A stretch of 45,961 bases of DNA, from positions 1-45,961 of the forward strand of contig JAAPAO010000260.1 in assembly GCA_013115145.1 (NCBI GenBank), in the 5' to 3' direction. The number at the start of each line of letters is the position of its first letter. The stretch's first letter is position 1. The notes beneath the pieces were generated by a model, which saw nothing but the letters and a program-made list of their open reading frames with translations, made no database searches and was not told where the DNA came from. This document shows, in pieces, positions 36,485 through 45,961 of the stretch. This stretch comes from Perkinsus chesapeaki ATCC PRA-425. Lineage: Eukaryota > Protista > Perkinsozoa. Position numbers and translations under genes: made by a program.

Positions 36485-36644
36485 AATTACCATTGTTATT
36501 GTGTTACACTATAAGGTTTAATTACCATTGTTATTGTGTTACACTATAAGGCTTAATTACCATTGTTATTGTGTTACACTATGAGGTTTGATTACCATTG
36601 TTATTGTGTTACACTATAAGGTTTAATTACCATTGTTATTGTGT
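36485..36644. repeat. 35-bp minisatellite, ~4.6 copies, between convergent gene ends
   Basis: Unit AATTACCATTGTTATTGTGTTACACTATAAGGTTT at 36485, 36520, 36555, 36590 and a partial copy at 36625. Confidence 0.95.
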
Positions 36645-36703
36645 AATAGTATAAAGACAAAACCTACACATTTGGGAGAAAATTAATTAGTCGATCATGA
36701 AGG

Positions 36704-37136
36704 TCATCGGTCATCCACAGAAAGATCATTTGACGAGGTCTGAGAGGGCATGCTGTGGCACCACGCGAGGCCATCGTCTCCACCTTGCTGGCCAGATCCT
36801 GAATGTTCCTCTCGAGCTCATCAACACGATTGGTCATCTCATCGATGCGCCCAACAATGGTATCGGACATGCTTTGAAACCGGGTTTGCTAAAGGCCGCT
36901 TCCATCACAACACACAAAGGCTCTCACCATCTCCTTAAGCAGATTCGATACGAACGCCGTGAGCTCCTGATTGGACTGCTCCGCGACTGATGTCTCTTGG
37001 GAGCTTGTCGAAGAGGGAACTTCGGCACCTGAGTGTCATTGAGGGCTCATATGGCTATATCGGATATACCTCCCCGTTCGACAGAGTACCCCGCGTTGGC
37101 CTTGATACTGCCACTACTGGTACGAACGTCCGCCAT
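36704..37136 (-). CDS. HSBP1: Heat shock factor binding protein 1, four exons
   Basis: ELTAFVSNLLKEM|QTRFQSMSDTIVGRIDEMTNRVDELERNIQDL matches the HSBP1 coiled-coil signature ([28 protein letters not shown]). Confidence 0.92.
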
Positions 37137-37371
37137 TAATGAGTACTAAGAACCCTGGCAGTAGCGGACAAGCGACGCGTGCTTCTAGCTGGGACAAGCC
37201 TTAGGTTGGAGGGCAGCAGAGTGGAAGGATGAGCACTGTCAGCCGGGCAAAAGGGTATCGACATATCGATAAATCGATTAAGATTCGACCTATTCTCATT
37301 ATTAATTAGATCATCATTATGCAACATTCAACGTATGGGAGAGTGCTTGTCGCCGACTCGAACGACTTAAA

Positions 37372-38080
37372 TCATTCGGAAGGCAAAGATTCTCTCCTAC
37401 TTATGGCAGCGTAGTAGACCATCGACGACCACCAGGAGAACGAGGAGGTTAAATCCACTGCCTCGACCATTATTAGTTGCTCCATCAGTACCCCTGCGCA
37501 GCTGGAGGCGCCCAAGTGTAATAATGGCGACCTCCAGCTATCATGCTGCAGACAGGCCACAGTCAATGGGCGCTAATATCATCACAGTGAGCAGCAGCAT
37601 CAGCATTATCATAATCATTCAGACACAGCCAAAGAATTGTTCAATCCGCACACCCTCTACGAGGACTCAGCAGAATACTGTCAATAATTCTTGTATCATC
37701 ATTAATTGCATTATTAAAGGCATCAGATTCAACCTTATAACTTCATAGATACCTCTGCGGTGGTAATAGCAAGAAGATGGGTTGGATCATCATTGCCACT
37801 GTACCGTCAGTCCGTACAAATTAGGCCGATATAGCGTAATCGATCTCGGAAGCCGGCGCAAGATACTTGGAGGTCATCTAGCGCTCGCCGTCTTAATCGA
37901 TATGGGTGTGCGTCGCGCCTGAGTGACATGTCGGCTTCTTGGTGGGGATGCTGGCAATTCTTCACCATATTTCCGTCCCAGGAACTTGGTGTGGGTACGG
38001 CAGTGGAACTTTAAAAACACTGTGGTTTGCCCAATAACCGTTCGTATATCGGCCAAGACTGGGTTGTACGGCGGCACATG
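37372..38080 (-). CDS. Possible hypothetical multi-exon gene
   Basis: Several short open segments with splice-like boundaries (HCRTHTKFLGRKY, RDAHPYRLRRRALDDLQ, GNDDPTHLLAITTAE). Could not be assembled confidently. Confidence 0.25.
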
Positions 38081-38280
38081 CGTGATAAGGATTATGGCCT
38101 CAATAATGACCGTTTTAGGGCTTAGAGGGGAAGGGCGTTAAAGATACGCCAATGTTTGAAATAATTTACCAGACAACAGCTTGTAGGAGGTTGAATTTTG
38201 GATAGAGCTGCTAAGTGGGCAAGGGGACATCGGGAATCTTTCCGGTATCAGTGGTAGTGTTGATTATTAAACTGAGGTGA

Positions 38281-40637
38281 ATGTCCGTTCCACCAAGCAA
38301 CACTGATAAGGCAGAGGAGGGCAATACCAATAGACAGGAGGACCAAGAGGAGGAGATCTACATCAACCCTGATGATTGTATAGACCTTGGCGAAGGCATT
38401 GATGATTCAGCTGAGGTAGTATGAATGAAGCATGCATCAACCAAAGATACCGCAGGTGGCGGCTGATGAGAGGGCAGGGGTAAATAATGATCTATTGGAG
38501 GCAGCTGAAGAGGAGGAAGAACAGGACAACTGCTCCATTACCTATCCCTTTACAGACGCTGCATTAAGCCTGGCAGCAAACCCTAAGGATCATACACTCG
38601 TGGCTGTGGTAGCAATTATACCATATTTCCATCACAAATGCCTATGAATAGGGTCTTCAAAATGACACTGCTGAGCTGCTTCGGATTAGGCCGGGCTCCG
38701 TAGAGCCTTTAAGGATTCTCAGAGGTAGTTTGGCGTCTGTGGTATCATCCGTACTGGTGGGTTCAGGGCACACTGATAGCGTAGTGTCGGTAGCCTTCAG
38801 CTTTGACGGTGAGCTCCTGGCCACAGGCAGCTACGATGGCACTGTAAGGATATGGGAAATGGCCAAGTTGATGGCCGAAACTGGAGGTAGTAATATCTCT
38901 ATCCGGAACACCATCGGCCTGGTCAGATTGCACAACGTCGATGCTGACGCTGGAGGGTCCTGGGGAGGGTGTCGAATGGGTCTCATGGCACCCTAAAGGC
39001 CATGCCGTCTGTGCTGGCAGTCAGGACGGTACGGCGTGGATGTGGTGGGCTGGTAAGGCCAGTGGAGGCGGTAATGTGATGCAGGTATCTCTATAGGGGC
39101 GACTAGAGATCAAAGAGGGTTCGGTCAGGTATTCGCTGGGGCGCATGGCTCTTCGGTGAACTGCGGCAGCTTCTCGATAGACGGCAAGGCTGTAGTGACG
39201 GCTGGGCTGGACGGCGTAGTGGCTGTGTGGAACCCTAGGACAGGTAGAAATGTCGGAGGGGGGAATCGAACCAGGGACCTTTGGATAGGTGCGACTGCGG
39301 CGTCCTGTAGGACTAATGAGGAGGAGCTGCAGAGGAGCCAGCGACAAAGGCAGGTGGACGGTGATGTTGACATGGAAGAGGAGGTTCCAGGTGAGATGCT
39401 TGGCTGTGGCGCGCGGGAAAGATCCGTGTTGGGTCAGAAGGAGGCATTGTATCGATGGCTTTGATGCCACCAGAGGCGGGCAGCAGTCCAGTTGCCCTTG
39501 TCGGCACGATCGATGGTGACGTGAAGGTAATGCGGATGCAGGTTCGATCCCTGGCCAGGGCATCTATTCTGTTTCAGTTGGTTCAGTTGGAAACTGGGAA
39601 GCTTCTGGGCAAACTCCGCGGCTCCTCTGACGTCCAGATAGCCGGCCAACCACTGTCCGCCACAGACGGCAACAACAGTGCCTCGACTGAGGACGCTTAT
39701 AGCGTGGAGGCCTTGGGCTTCAGTGTGCCGGCAACCACTGGGTCAGGGGCGCAGCCGACACCTATATTACTGGCTGCTGGGGACCTGAAGGGCAAGCTGC
39801 TCATTTATGAGGCATCAAAGTTATTGGCGAGAGGGGTAGTAAAGCTGGAGGGGATAGGGTTTAACACACCTACATAGGAAAATAATAATCTGGCCTAGCA
39901 TCTTGATGTCGCTTCTTCAAGATATTTTTGAGGTTGATTGGACGGAATGCGTAATAAAATTAGGCAGAGTTAGCGTTGTGATCACGCATGGGCCTGCTGC
40001 CGCTGGGGCGTGACCACGAGAAGCTATCGAAAGCGGTGGTAGTGCTTTAACAGCTCTGGTCACTAACGATGGCTCTCGTAGGGTTTGAAGTTAGGTTTGG
40101 GTTAGACGAGGGTCATTATAAATTCCACATTGGGCTGATAAACAGGCGAGTGATGCACCACAATCTGAGGAGCGACTGTATATAGTAATTATTACTACCT
40201 AAATCACTTAACCATAGATCACTTACAAAATTTGTGCTCGTGGCGGCAGGTCCCTGCCGATAGGCTATGCTCAACATGCCCCTATCTCCTGTTTCTGCGG
40301 AAGTATCACATTATTGTCCTTAGTCGGGTCCTCGCCATCAAGTGTCACTGTCATCCGGTGCCACACGCTTAGCTTGGCATCCTCATGGTCTCCCTGTAGT
40401 AGCTGTGGGCCAAACTGATGGTGTCGTAGAGGTTATCAATGGTCTTACTGGGGAGGTATTGTCGAAGTGTCTCGGCCATCAGGAACAGATCTTGGATGTA
40501 GGCAGCTGCAGTGGTCGATGTTGGCATGTCTGGTTTAGGTATTATGCGTCCCTGGCTTCGAGGAGGGCTGGTTCCGAGTCGTCTCTGCTGGGGACGATAA
40601 CTGTATAAAGATATTCGACCTGCAGGTTATGACCTGA
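38281..40637 (+). CDS. AAMP: WD40 protein AAMP/Sqt1 (uL16 chaperone)-like, multi-exon
   Basis: Acidic N-terminus, then GHTDSVVSVAFSFDGELLATGSYDGTVRIW, TLEGPGEGVEWVSWHPKGHAVCAGSQDGTAWMW, FAGAHGSSVNCGSFSIDGKAVVTAGLDG, LAWHPHGLPVV, GHQEQILD and VVSAGDDNCIKIF. Confidence 0.88.
39251..39286 (-). pseudogene. tRNA 3'-half relic, antisense, filling the 45-nt AAMP intron 39244-39288
   Basis: Reverse strand ATCCAAAGGTCCCTGG-TTCGATT-CCCCC-CTCCGAC-A-TTT: canonical AGGTC variable loop, B-box and 5+7+1 spacing. Closely resembles the eukaryotic tRNA-Phe 3' half (ATCTAAAGGTCCCTGGTTCGAT...). Confidence 0.65.
39535..39562 (+). pseudogene. tRNA 3'-end relic, sense, inside the 51-nt AAMP intron 39527-39577
   Basis: GATGCAGG-TTCGATC-CCTGG-CCAGGGC-A: T-stem pairs 4/5, with canonical spacing ending in GGCA. 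Confidence 0.6.
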
Positions 40638-40736
40638 GCATTGCGCTATTTACCAACGTACAGCTGTTTCACCAACTCCTCCGACTGGCGTTCACCGGGG
40701 CTCCGCTCATCGTCAGTTTATTTAATCGCCTTTGCG

Positions 40737-41330
40737 ATGACCACTCAACGCCTTCCTCTTTACAGGAACAACTTCAATTGCGGCACCCTTTTGGGGAACT
40801 GGTATGAGGAGCGTCTGGCCCCGCAACAGAGAGCAAGGTCATCAGCGGGGACTGGGGAGGGCTGGGTGGAGGTGTTGGTAGATACGGTGAAGGGTACTTC
40901 TCGGCAGCGAACCTTTTGCTGGCCAACCCTAACTCGAGGACTTATGTCACCACCAGTAAGCATTTGGCTGAGGAGGGCCTTGGACTGGATAAAAGGGACA
41001 GGAAGCTCCGAGAGGAGGAGCTGATGGTGGGGAGGAGGACTGGGGTGGTAGGTGATGTTTGGTGTCCAGGCGGCACTCTCATCGACGCCAGCAAGTGACC
41101 TATTGGGAGGGGCATGCCCTTATGATTCGGATATGACCACTACGGCCAGAGATTCCTTTAGGAACCCTAGGGATGCATCATCCCTTCTTAGAGCAAGCAA
41201 GAGTAGTGCTATGATGGTGTGTAGGGTTGGTGAGCTGCTGCTGCTGCCTGTATAGGTGCCCATAATATAGGCACTAGTGGGGAGGAGTTGGAGGAATATA
41301 GGAGGAGATGGACCAAAGGTAATAGGGAGG
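40737..41330 (+). CDS. NWE-motif axonemal microtubule inner protein-like (CFAP68/CFAP107 type), multi-exon, 3' end uncertain
   Basis: MTTQRLPLYRNNFNCGTLLGNWYEERLA carries the LxGNWxEER motif; later exons give RTYVTTSK, MTTTARDSFRNP and LEEYRRRWTK. Confidence 0.65.
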
Positions 41331-42088
41331 AGGGCATAGCTCATGGTGGTGCCGGCGGCGGCGGGATCCATCTAGCCATTCATTGGAATGTGTTCCTGGC
41401 GTGGAGATATATCTCGTTTGTTGTTGATGTTCATGGGAGAAACTGGGGGAAATGGATTCTCCTAAAGTCATTTAGGGCTCTTTACGGCCACCTGTATAAG
41501 GGGCACTCTTCGAAGGACGACTGCAGTGTTCCCTCCCACGAGGGGATGTTGTTTTGATTTGTCTCATTATTACAAAGTAGTCTTCAAGGTGGTCTCGTTC
41601 AACTATCTGTTCCCAGCACAAACCCACAGCGGGAGTGATGTCTCAGACCAGACTGGCTTCCAGTTCAAGCGTTATGTTAAAGTATAGAGATGGCAAACGG
41701 GCAGCATTCATACCCTATCTTAATGATGACATGTCCCACTAGTAGTGTTATTGTATTACTGGCTTTGAGTTCTCCAGGAAGGTGGTGCTATTAGGGCTGT
41801 ATAGGGCCGTAGGGGGGCATCCAGAGCAATTTTAGGCCTATGGGCAGCACTTGAAGGGCGTTGAAGGGTGCTGATATATGCCTCATTATGATGATTGTAT
41901 ATCTGGTAGTATAATATATAGGATGTATTGGTGAAAGTAGGAGTGATAGGAAGGGGCATCACTTCGTAGTAGATTGGTGGTTGTTGAATTCCTGTAGTTG
42001 ACTTTGTATGCGGTTGCTGCTGTCCAACAGCGCTGCTATCCCTCCACCTACCACCACGACTACTAGGGATGTATTGATAGGCAATCTT

Positions 42089-44478
42089 ATGGACGTTGTG
42101 TCCGCATTGCCTGATTCTAGTATATCTGGGCTTCTGCAAAGAGGAAGGGAGTTGGTGATAGGAGAGGAGTGGAGGGGTGTGAACTGCATGGATCGGCTGC
42201 CATCGGAGGTCATCTACAAGATAGGGCTTTGTTTGGGCTTTCGCTCTCTCAGTGCTATGGCACAGACCTCCAGGTAAGTTAGTATCTCTTTATTGCTCTA
42301 ACTAATGCGCTCTCTAGAAGTCTTTGCGGGCTTATAATACCTGATTTCCAGTGTATGCTTCCTCAGGCGGGTGTGCAGAATCCTTGGTCCGGTCTGGCGT
42401 GAGACTGGCCTCCTCCTCTTCGATGGCTTTGCTATTGATGGTGAAGTTTTCGATGACCCCAGTCTCGAACTCTTCCAAACCTCCCTGTCTTACACCGTGG
42501 ACCAACAGAAGGATGCTCACCGGTTCTGGCCGATACGGTGCGGTCAGTTTATGGCAGCCATTGCCTTTGAGGAAGTAGGCTACACCTCACGCGTGCCTGG
42601 CCCTAGTGCATATCTCAGTGTCCCTATCTGGCTCTACGGGATGGCATACCGTCATCGGTCCAACTTCGTGGTTCGGAGGTCATCGATGTGACAGCGGAGT
42701 CTCTGGAGGACGCATCACCATCTCAACATCTCAGTGTGGAGTCATGCTCCTTTACTTGCCCGAGCAAGTTCGAGGTAAGTGATGATTGCTTTAGGTGGTG
42801 CTTAGTTGGAGAGGTTATTAGATACCAACAAGCCATCCAAGAGGTATATACCTGGAGTATCTAGTGGACCTACACTTCAGTCCAAGCGCTACTAGAGCTG
42901 TGATTGGGGTAACTACTACTCGCAGCAGCAACTGTTACTATGTATTATACCTATCCGTGTCATATCATATATACTGGGGCTGGCTGAATACTTTACCGTA
43001 GCTGTGTTGTGTCCTCAGTAGTACTGACTCAGTACTCTACCAAAACACTTCCCCCAAAGGTTTCCAAGTCGCTTCGACAGCTTCGTACCGTTGCTGCTAT
43101 ATATTACAGCAACTATTACTGTTATTGTTTAATTGTTGCTATAAATCATGCCCTCTGTGGTAGGTGATAGATGGCTCTCATAAATCGACAAGTCCGTTGT
43201 CCGTCCTATCATCCACGACTACTGCTGCCACAACGATGGCAGCCAGTCCAACCCCCAGCGGCAAGTTCCTCGACGACACCTTCTTAGCTACCCGTACCTC
43301 CAAGCTGGAGACCTGCGACTTCGCCTTGGAGACCGATCCCTCCATGTGGGCTGTGGCTTTCGGACCACTTTCGGCTGTAGGATATCCAACACCTTCCGAC
43401 AGCTATTGCAGCTTAGGTGCTTTCCTCCCGAGGCAGGTATTTCGATCAGTTCGACACTTACACAGTAAGCGCACAATCTCGATAGTAGCTAACAGGCGTT
43501 GACAGGTGGCCGGTGCAGAGGACCCTTCCGAGAACAAAGAACTCTTGAGAGACTGTCTGGAGTCGGCCTTGCTCGATGTGGTGTCAGTGAGAGTCGGCAT
43601 CTATCTCGAGCAGGGCAAGGTGGCATTCTTCCGCCGGGTAGACTCCGTGGGCCACTCTAGCAGTATGTTACCCGGGGACAGGTGGGAGGCTTGTTGTCTC
43701 TGGCTTCCGCCGATAACTATTGTTTCAGCTCTTCGTATGATTGTACTGGTTTTATTTATCAAACCAGGGAAGATCAGCCCTTCTTAAGACCGGCGTTGAT
43801 GTGCTGTAACGTTAATGGTGACTATGACTTTGTTCGAACTGAGCTCACGGCTGTCTGTAAGTCGGCAGGCCTCACCACATTGCACGCCCTCGGTTGTAGA
43901 AGTAGTTGAAAAACTGTCTTGGCTTGATGGGAACACTCGCCATCAGATAGGACTCCGCGGCATCATATATATATTAGTACACCATATCGTTATTATTAGA
44001 TATATTCATATTATTGACTAGTTATCGATTTATAAAGATATGGTATTACTAACCTATATAGTACTTAACGTTTATTAATATATGTAACCAGGCATACCTG
44101 TATCACTCTTGGTCGAATTCCTCTATCACTCGATAAGGGCATTCGCTCATTCTTGGTCCTACTGCTGTTGTCCCAGGTAATAAGCCTCCCTACCCTCCTC
44201 ATGATAACATCGATGCTTTGGACTTCCCAAACAACTGGGAGTATTTCGCCCAGCCAGCCCGGGATGTCGTCCTAGACCATTCAGACGGCCTCCGACTCCA
44301 CCGAGCTCCGACAGGCCTCGAGAGCTTGGATGACATCAGCGAGGTTCTTCGTGTTGCCGACGAGGATGAGATGAGTCTCATCGGGACACCAGAGTCGGGA
44401 AGTCCCCGGGATGGAGCCCTGCCGGCGCCGCGGTGGGTATCTCTTTCCAGCGATACTGAATACGAGGAGGAAACGTAA
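42089..44478 (+). CDS. F-box protein, multi-exon
   Basis: MDRLPSEVIYKIGLCLGFRSLSAMAQTSR fits the F-box LPxE(I/V)...L..L...S pattern. Downstream exons run to the acidic end SSDTEYEEET*. Confidence 0.7.
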
Positions 44479-45018
44479 GCCTTTTGCCGCCGGCTCGCTT
44501 GACCATAGTGGACCTCCTCAGTCCCGTAATACAGCGCAACGTTCGTGGGAGGGCGTCGTCGGCCACTTCGCCGCGGAGCTCTCCACTTGCCTATCACAGA
44601 GACTTCGACGATAACGATTCTGAGTTTGGCGATTTCGTGGCGTCGATGGCATGATGAGTATTGCACCCGAGTTCGATCCTCGGTTCCTGCGTTTGCAGCA
44701 TCCTCGAACAGGGTTTGCGTGTTCCAACGTAAATCTGCCATCTGTGAGCGGCGGCAGTAGTTGTTGTAAGATATCAGCCCTCCCTCCGTTTCTCAAGAAG
44801 TCGTGGCTGAGGTAATCAGGCCTTCAGCCGTTATATACATTTACCCGCTATTTATCCAACTTATAACATCATCGACAACAAGAAGACGACGACCTTTTCA
44901 TTTACCTATTATGCCTTTAGTTCATCTTAATACTATCCCACTAGGAGACTCGGATTCTCTGGACTGAGGTTGGTTAATCAATGAGTATCCTAGCTTCATC
45001 CTTGCATGATCCAGTATC

Positions 45019-45049
45019 AGCGCATACGTATCATTGATACGTATGCGCT
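45019..45049. repeat. Perfect inverted repeat, 15-bp arms with 1-nt spacer
   Basis: AGCGCATACGTATCA-T-TGATACGTATGCGCT. Confidence 0.93.
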
Positions 45050-45326
45050 CAAAGCTACGGGGAGCAGTGTTGCACGTAAATTTTACAACTGGTCTGTAGG
45101 GCTCGAATCGGTGTGCAGCTTGAACGCCGCTGAATACTCCCTCTAATAGCCCAACAGGGTAGAGCTCCTATGAGGGGCAGTTAAGTTGGAGTCCCATCCT
45201 TCTATACACTGGGTGGCATCTGTATAGAACTAGCAAGGCTCATACCGCTCTCTCCGAGATTATGCTTGAATAGCTAAATGAGGCAGCAGCAGTCCTCAGA
45301 ACTCACCTTATACAGTTCATTGTCTC

Positions 45327-45961
45327 ATGTCAAGGCACCATCGATCCTTGAGTGCCGGCAATCCACCCTCTGCCCACCTGAGTAGCGTATCTTCTACGCC
45401 GCCACGGTTGTCTTACTGTATAACACCTCGTATACACCCTGCCACTGGGCAGCTGTACTTCCCTACGGGGCTGGACCACTTTGGCCCTCATGAAGTAGTG
45501 GTACCGGATGAATTCCCCTTAAGAGAATATAGGGAAATGAAGAGGCAAAGAGAAGGTGGGTGGAGTTGGGTCCTCGTAGGGTTGCGTCACCAGTGAGTTG
45601 TTCGATATTACGCTGAAGTGGTAGCTAACTGGATGGCTGTTAGAGTCTCCAAAACTAGTGTTGTTGGCCGTTGCATATCGCTACCATTCTATCCACAATA
45701 GGCGGGACCTGCCAGCATCTAGCGGGCATTTCCAGATGACACCACTAATGTGTCGAGGCATTGTTATCAAAGACGTTCAGGATCTACTCGATGTATCGTT
45801 TTTGTTGCTACTGTATCATAGATATCAACTGAATGATGATGCTGCTGCTGATCGTTTTGTACTGTATTTCTGTTTATAGTAAATCTACTGTCGTCGGCAT
45901 CGCCGGCGAACCCGAAATCCCCCATTGACGAACTTGACATGAGGCGGAATATGGATAAGAT
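45327..45961 (+). CDS. 5' part of a hypothetical multi-exon gene
   Basis: MSRHHRSLSAGNPPSAHLSSVSSTPPRLSYCITPRIHPATGQLYFPTGLDHFGPHEVVVPDEFPLREYREMKRQRE followed by a donor-like GT; probably continues beyond the window. Confidence 0.45.

Noticed and set aside
44665-44681. Perfect T-arm-like hairpin CCGAG-TTCGATC-CTCGG
   Set aside because: It lacks the G52 of the full B-box and the CA at positions 72-73, has no upstream tRNA features, and may be coding; not counted in the relic family.
1-45961. Spliced-leader RNA, snRNA, rRNA, telomeric arrays, transposase/RT ORFs
   Set aside because: A manual search for the perkinsid/dinoflagellate SL core (GTAGCCAT(C/T)TTGGCTCAAG), U1/U2/U5/U6 hallmark motifs and RT/integrase motifs found no convincing match.

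Overview
This is eukaryotic nuclear DNA with densely packed genes split by many short (~40-60 nt) GT-AG introns. The architecture suggests a Perkinsus-like alveolate, which is my inference and not a database result. Most ORF-track entries are exon fragments or spurious, so CDS coordinates below are outer spans of genes I spliced by eye. Recognisable genes: DHHC palmitoyltransferase, carnosine N-methyltransferase (CARNMT1), EMC10, a membrane-anchored SDR, S-formylglutathione hydrolase (ESD), two WD40 proteins (one AAMP/SQT1-like), a DUF2062-like protein, a helical-repeat protein, HSBP1, an NWE-motif axonemal protein and an F-box protein. There is also a tandem pair of intronless secreted 4-Cys proteins and three minisatellites. 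Two signals are not explained by these genes. (1) Five tRNA 3'-end relics (B-box, then CA exactly at tRNA positions 72-73, no CCA); three fill most of a 44-51 nt intron, in either orientation. (2) A 13-16 nt motif, AATTTCGTGGCGC(GCG), recurs in both orientations inside short introns of four unrelated genes. I found no CRISPR array, rRNA, intact tRNA or transposase/RT ORF.
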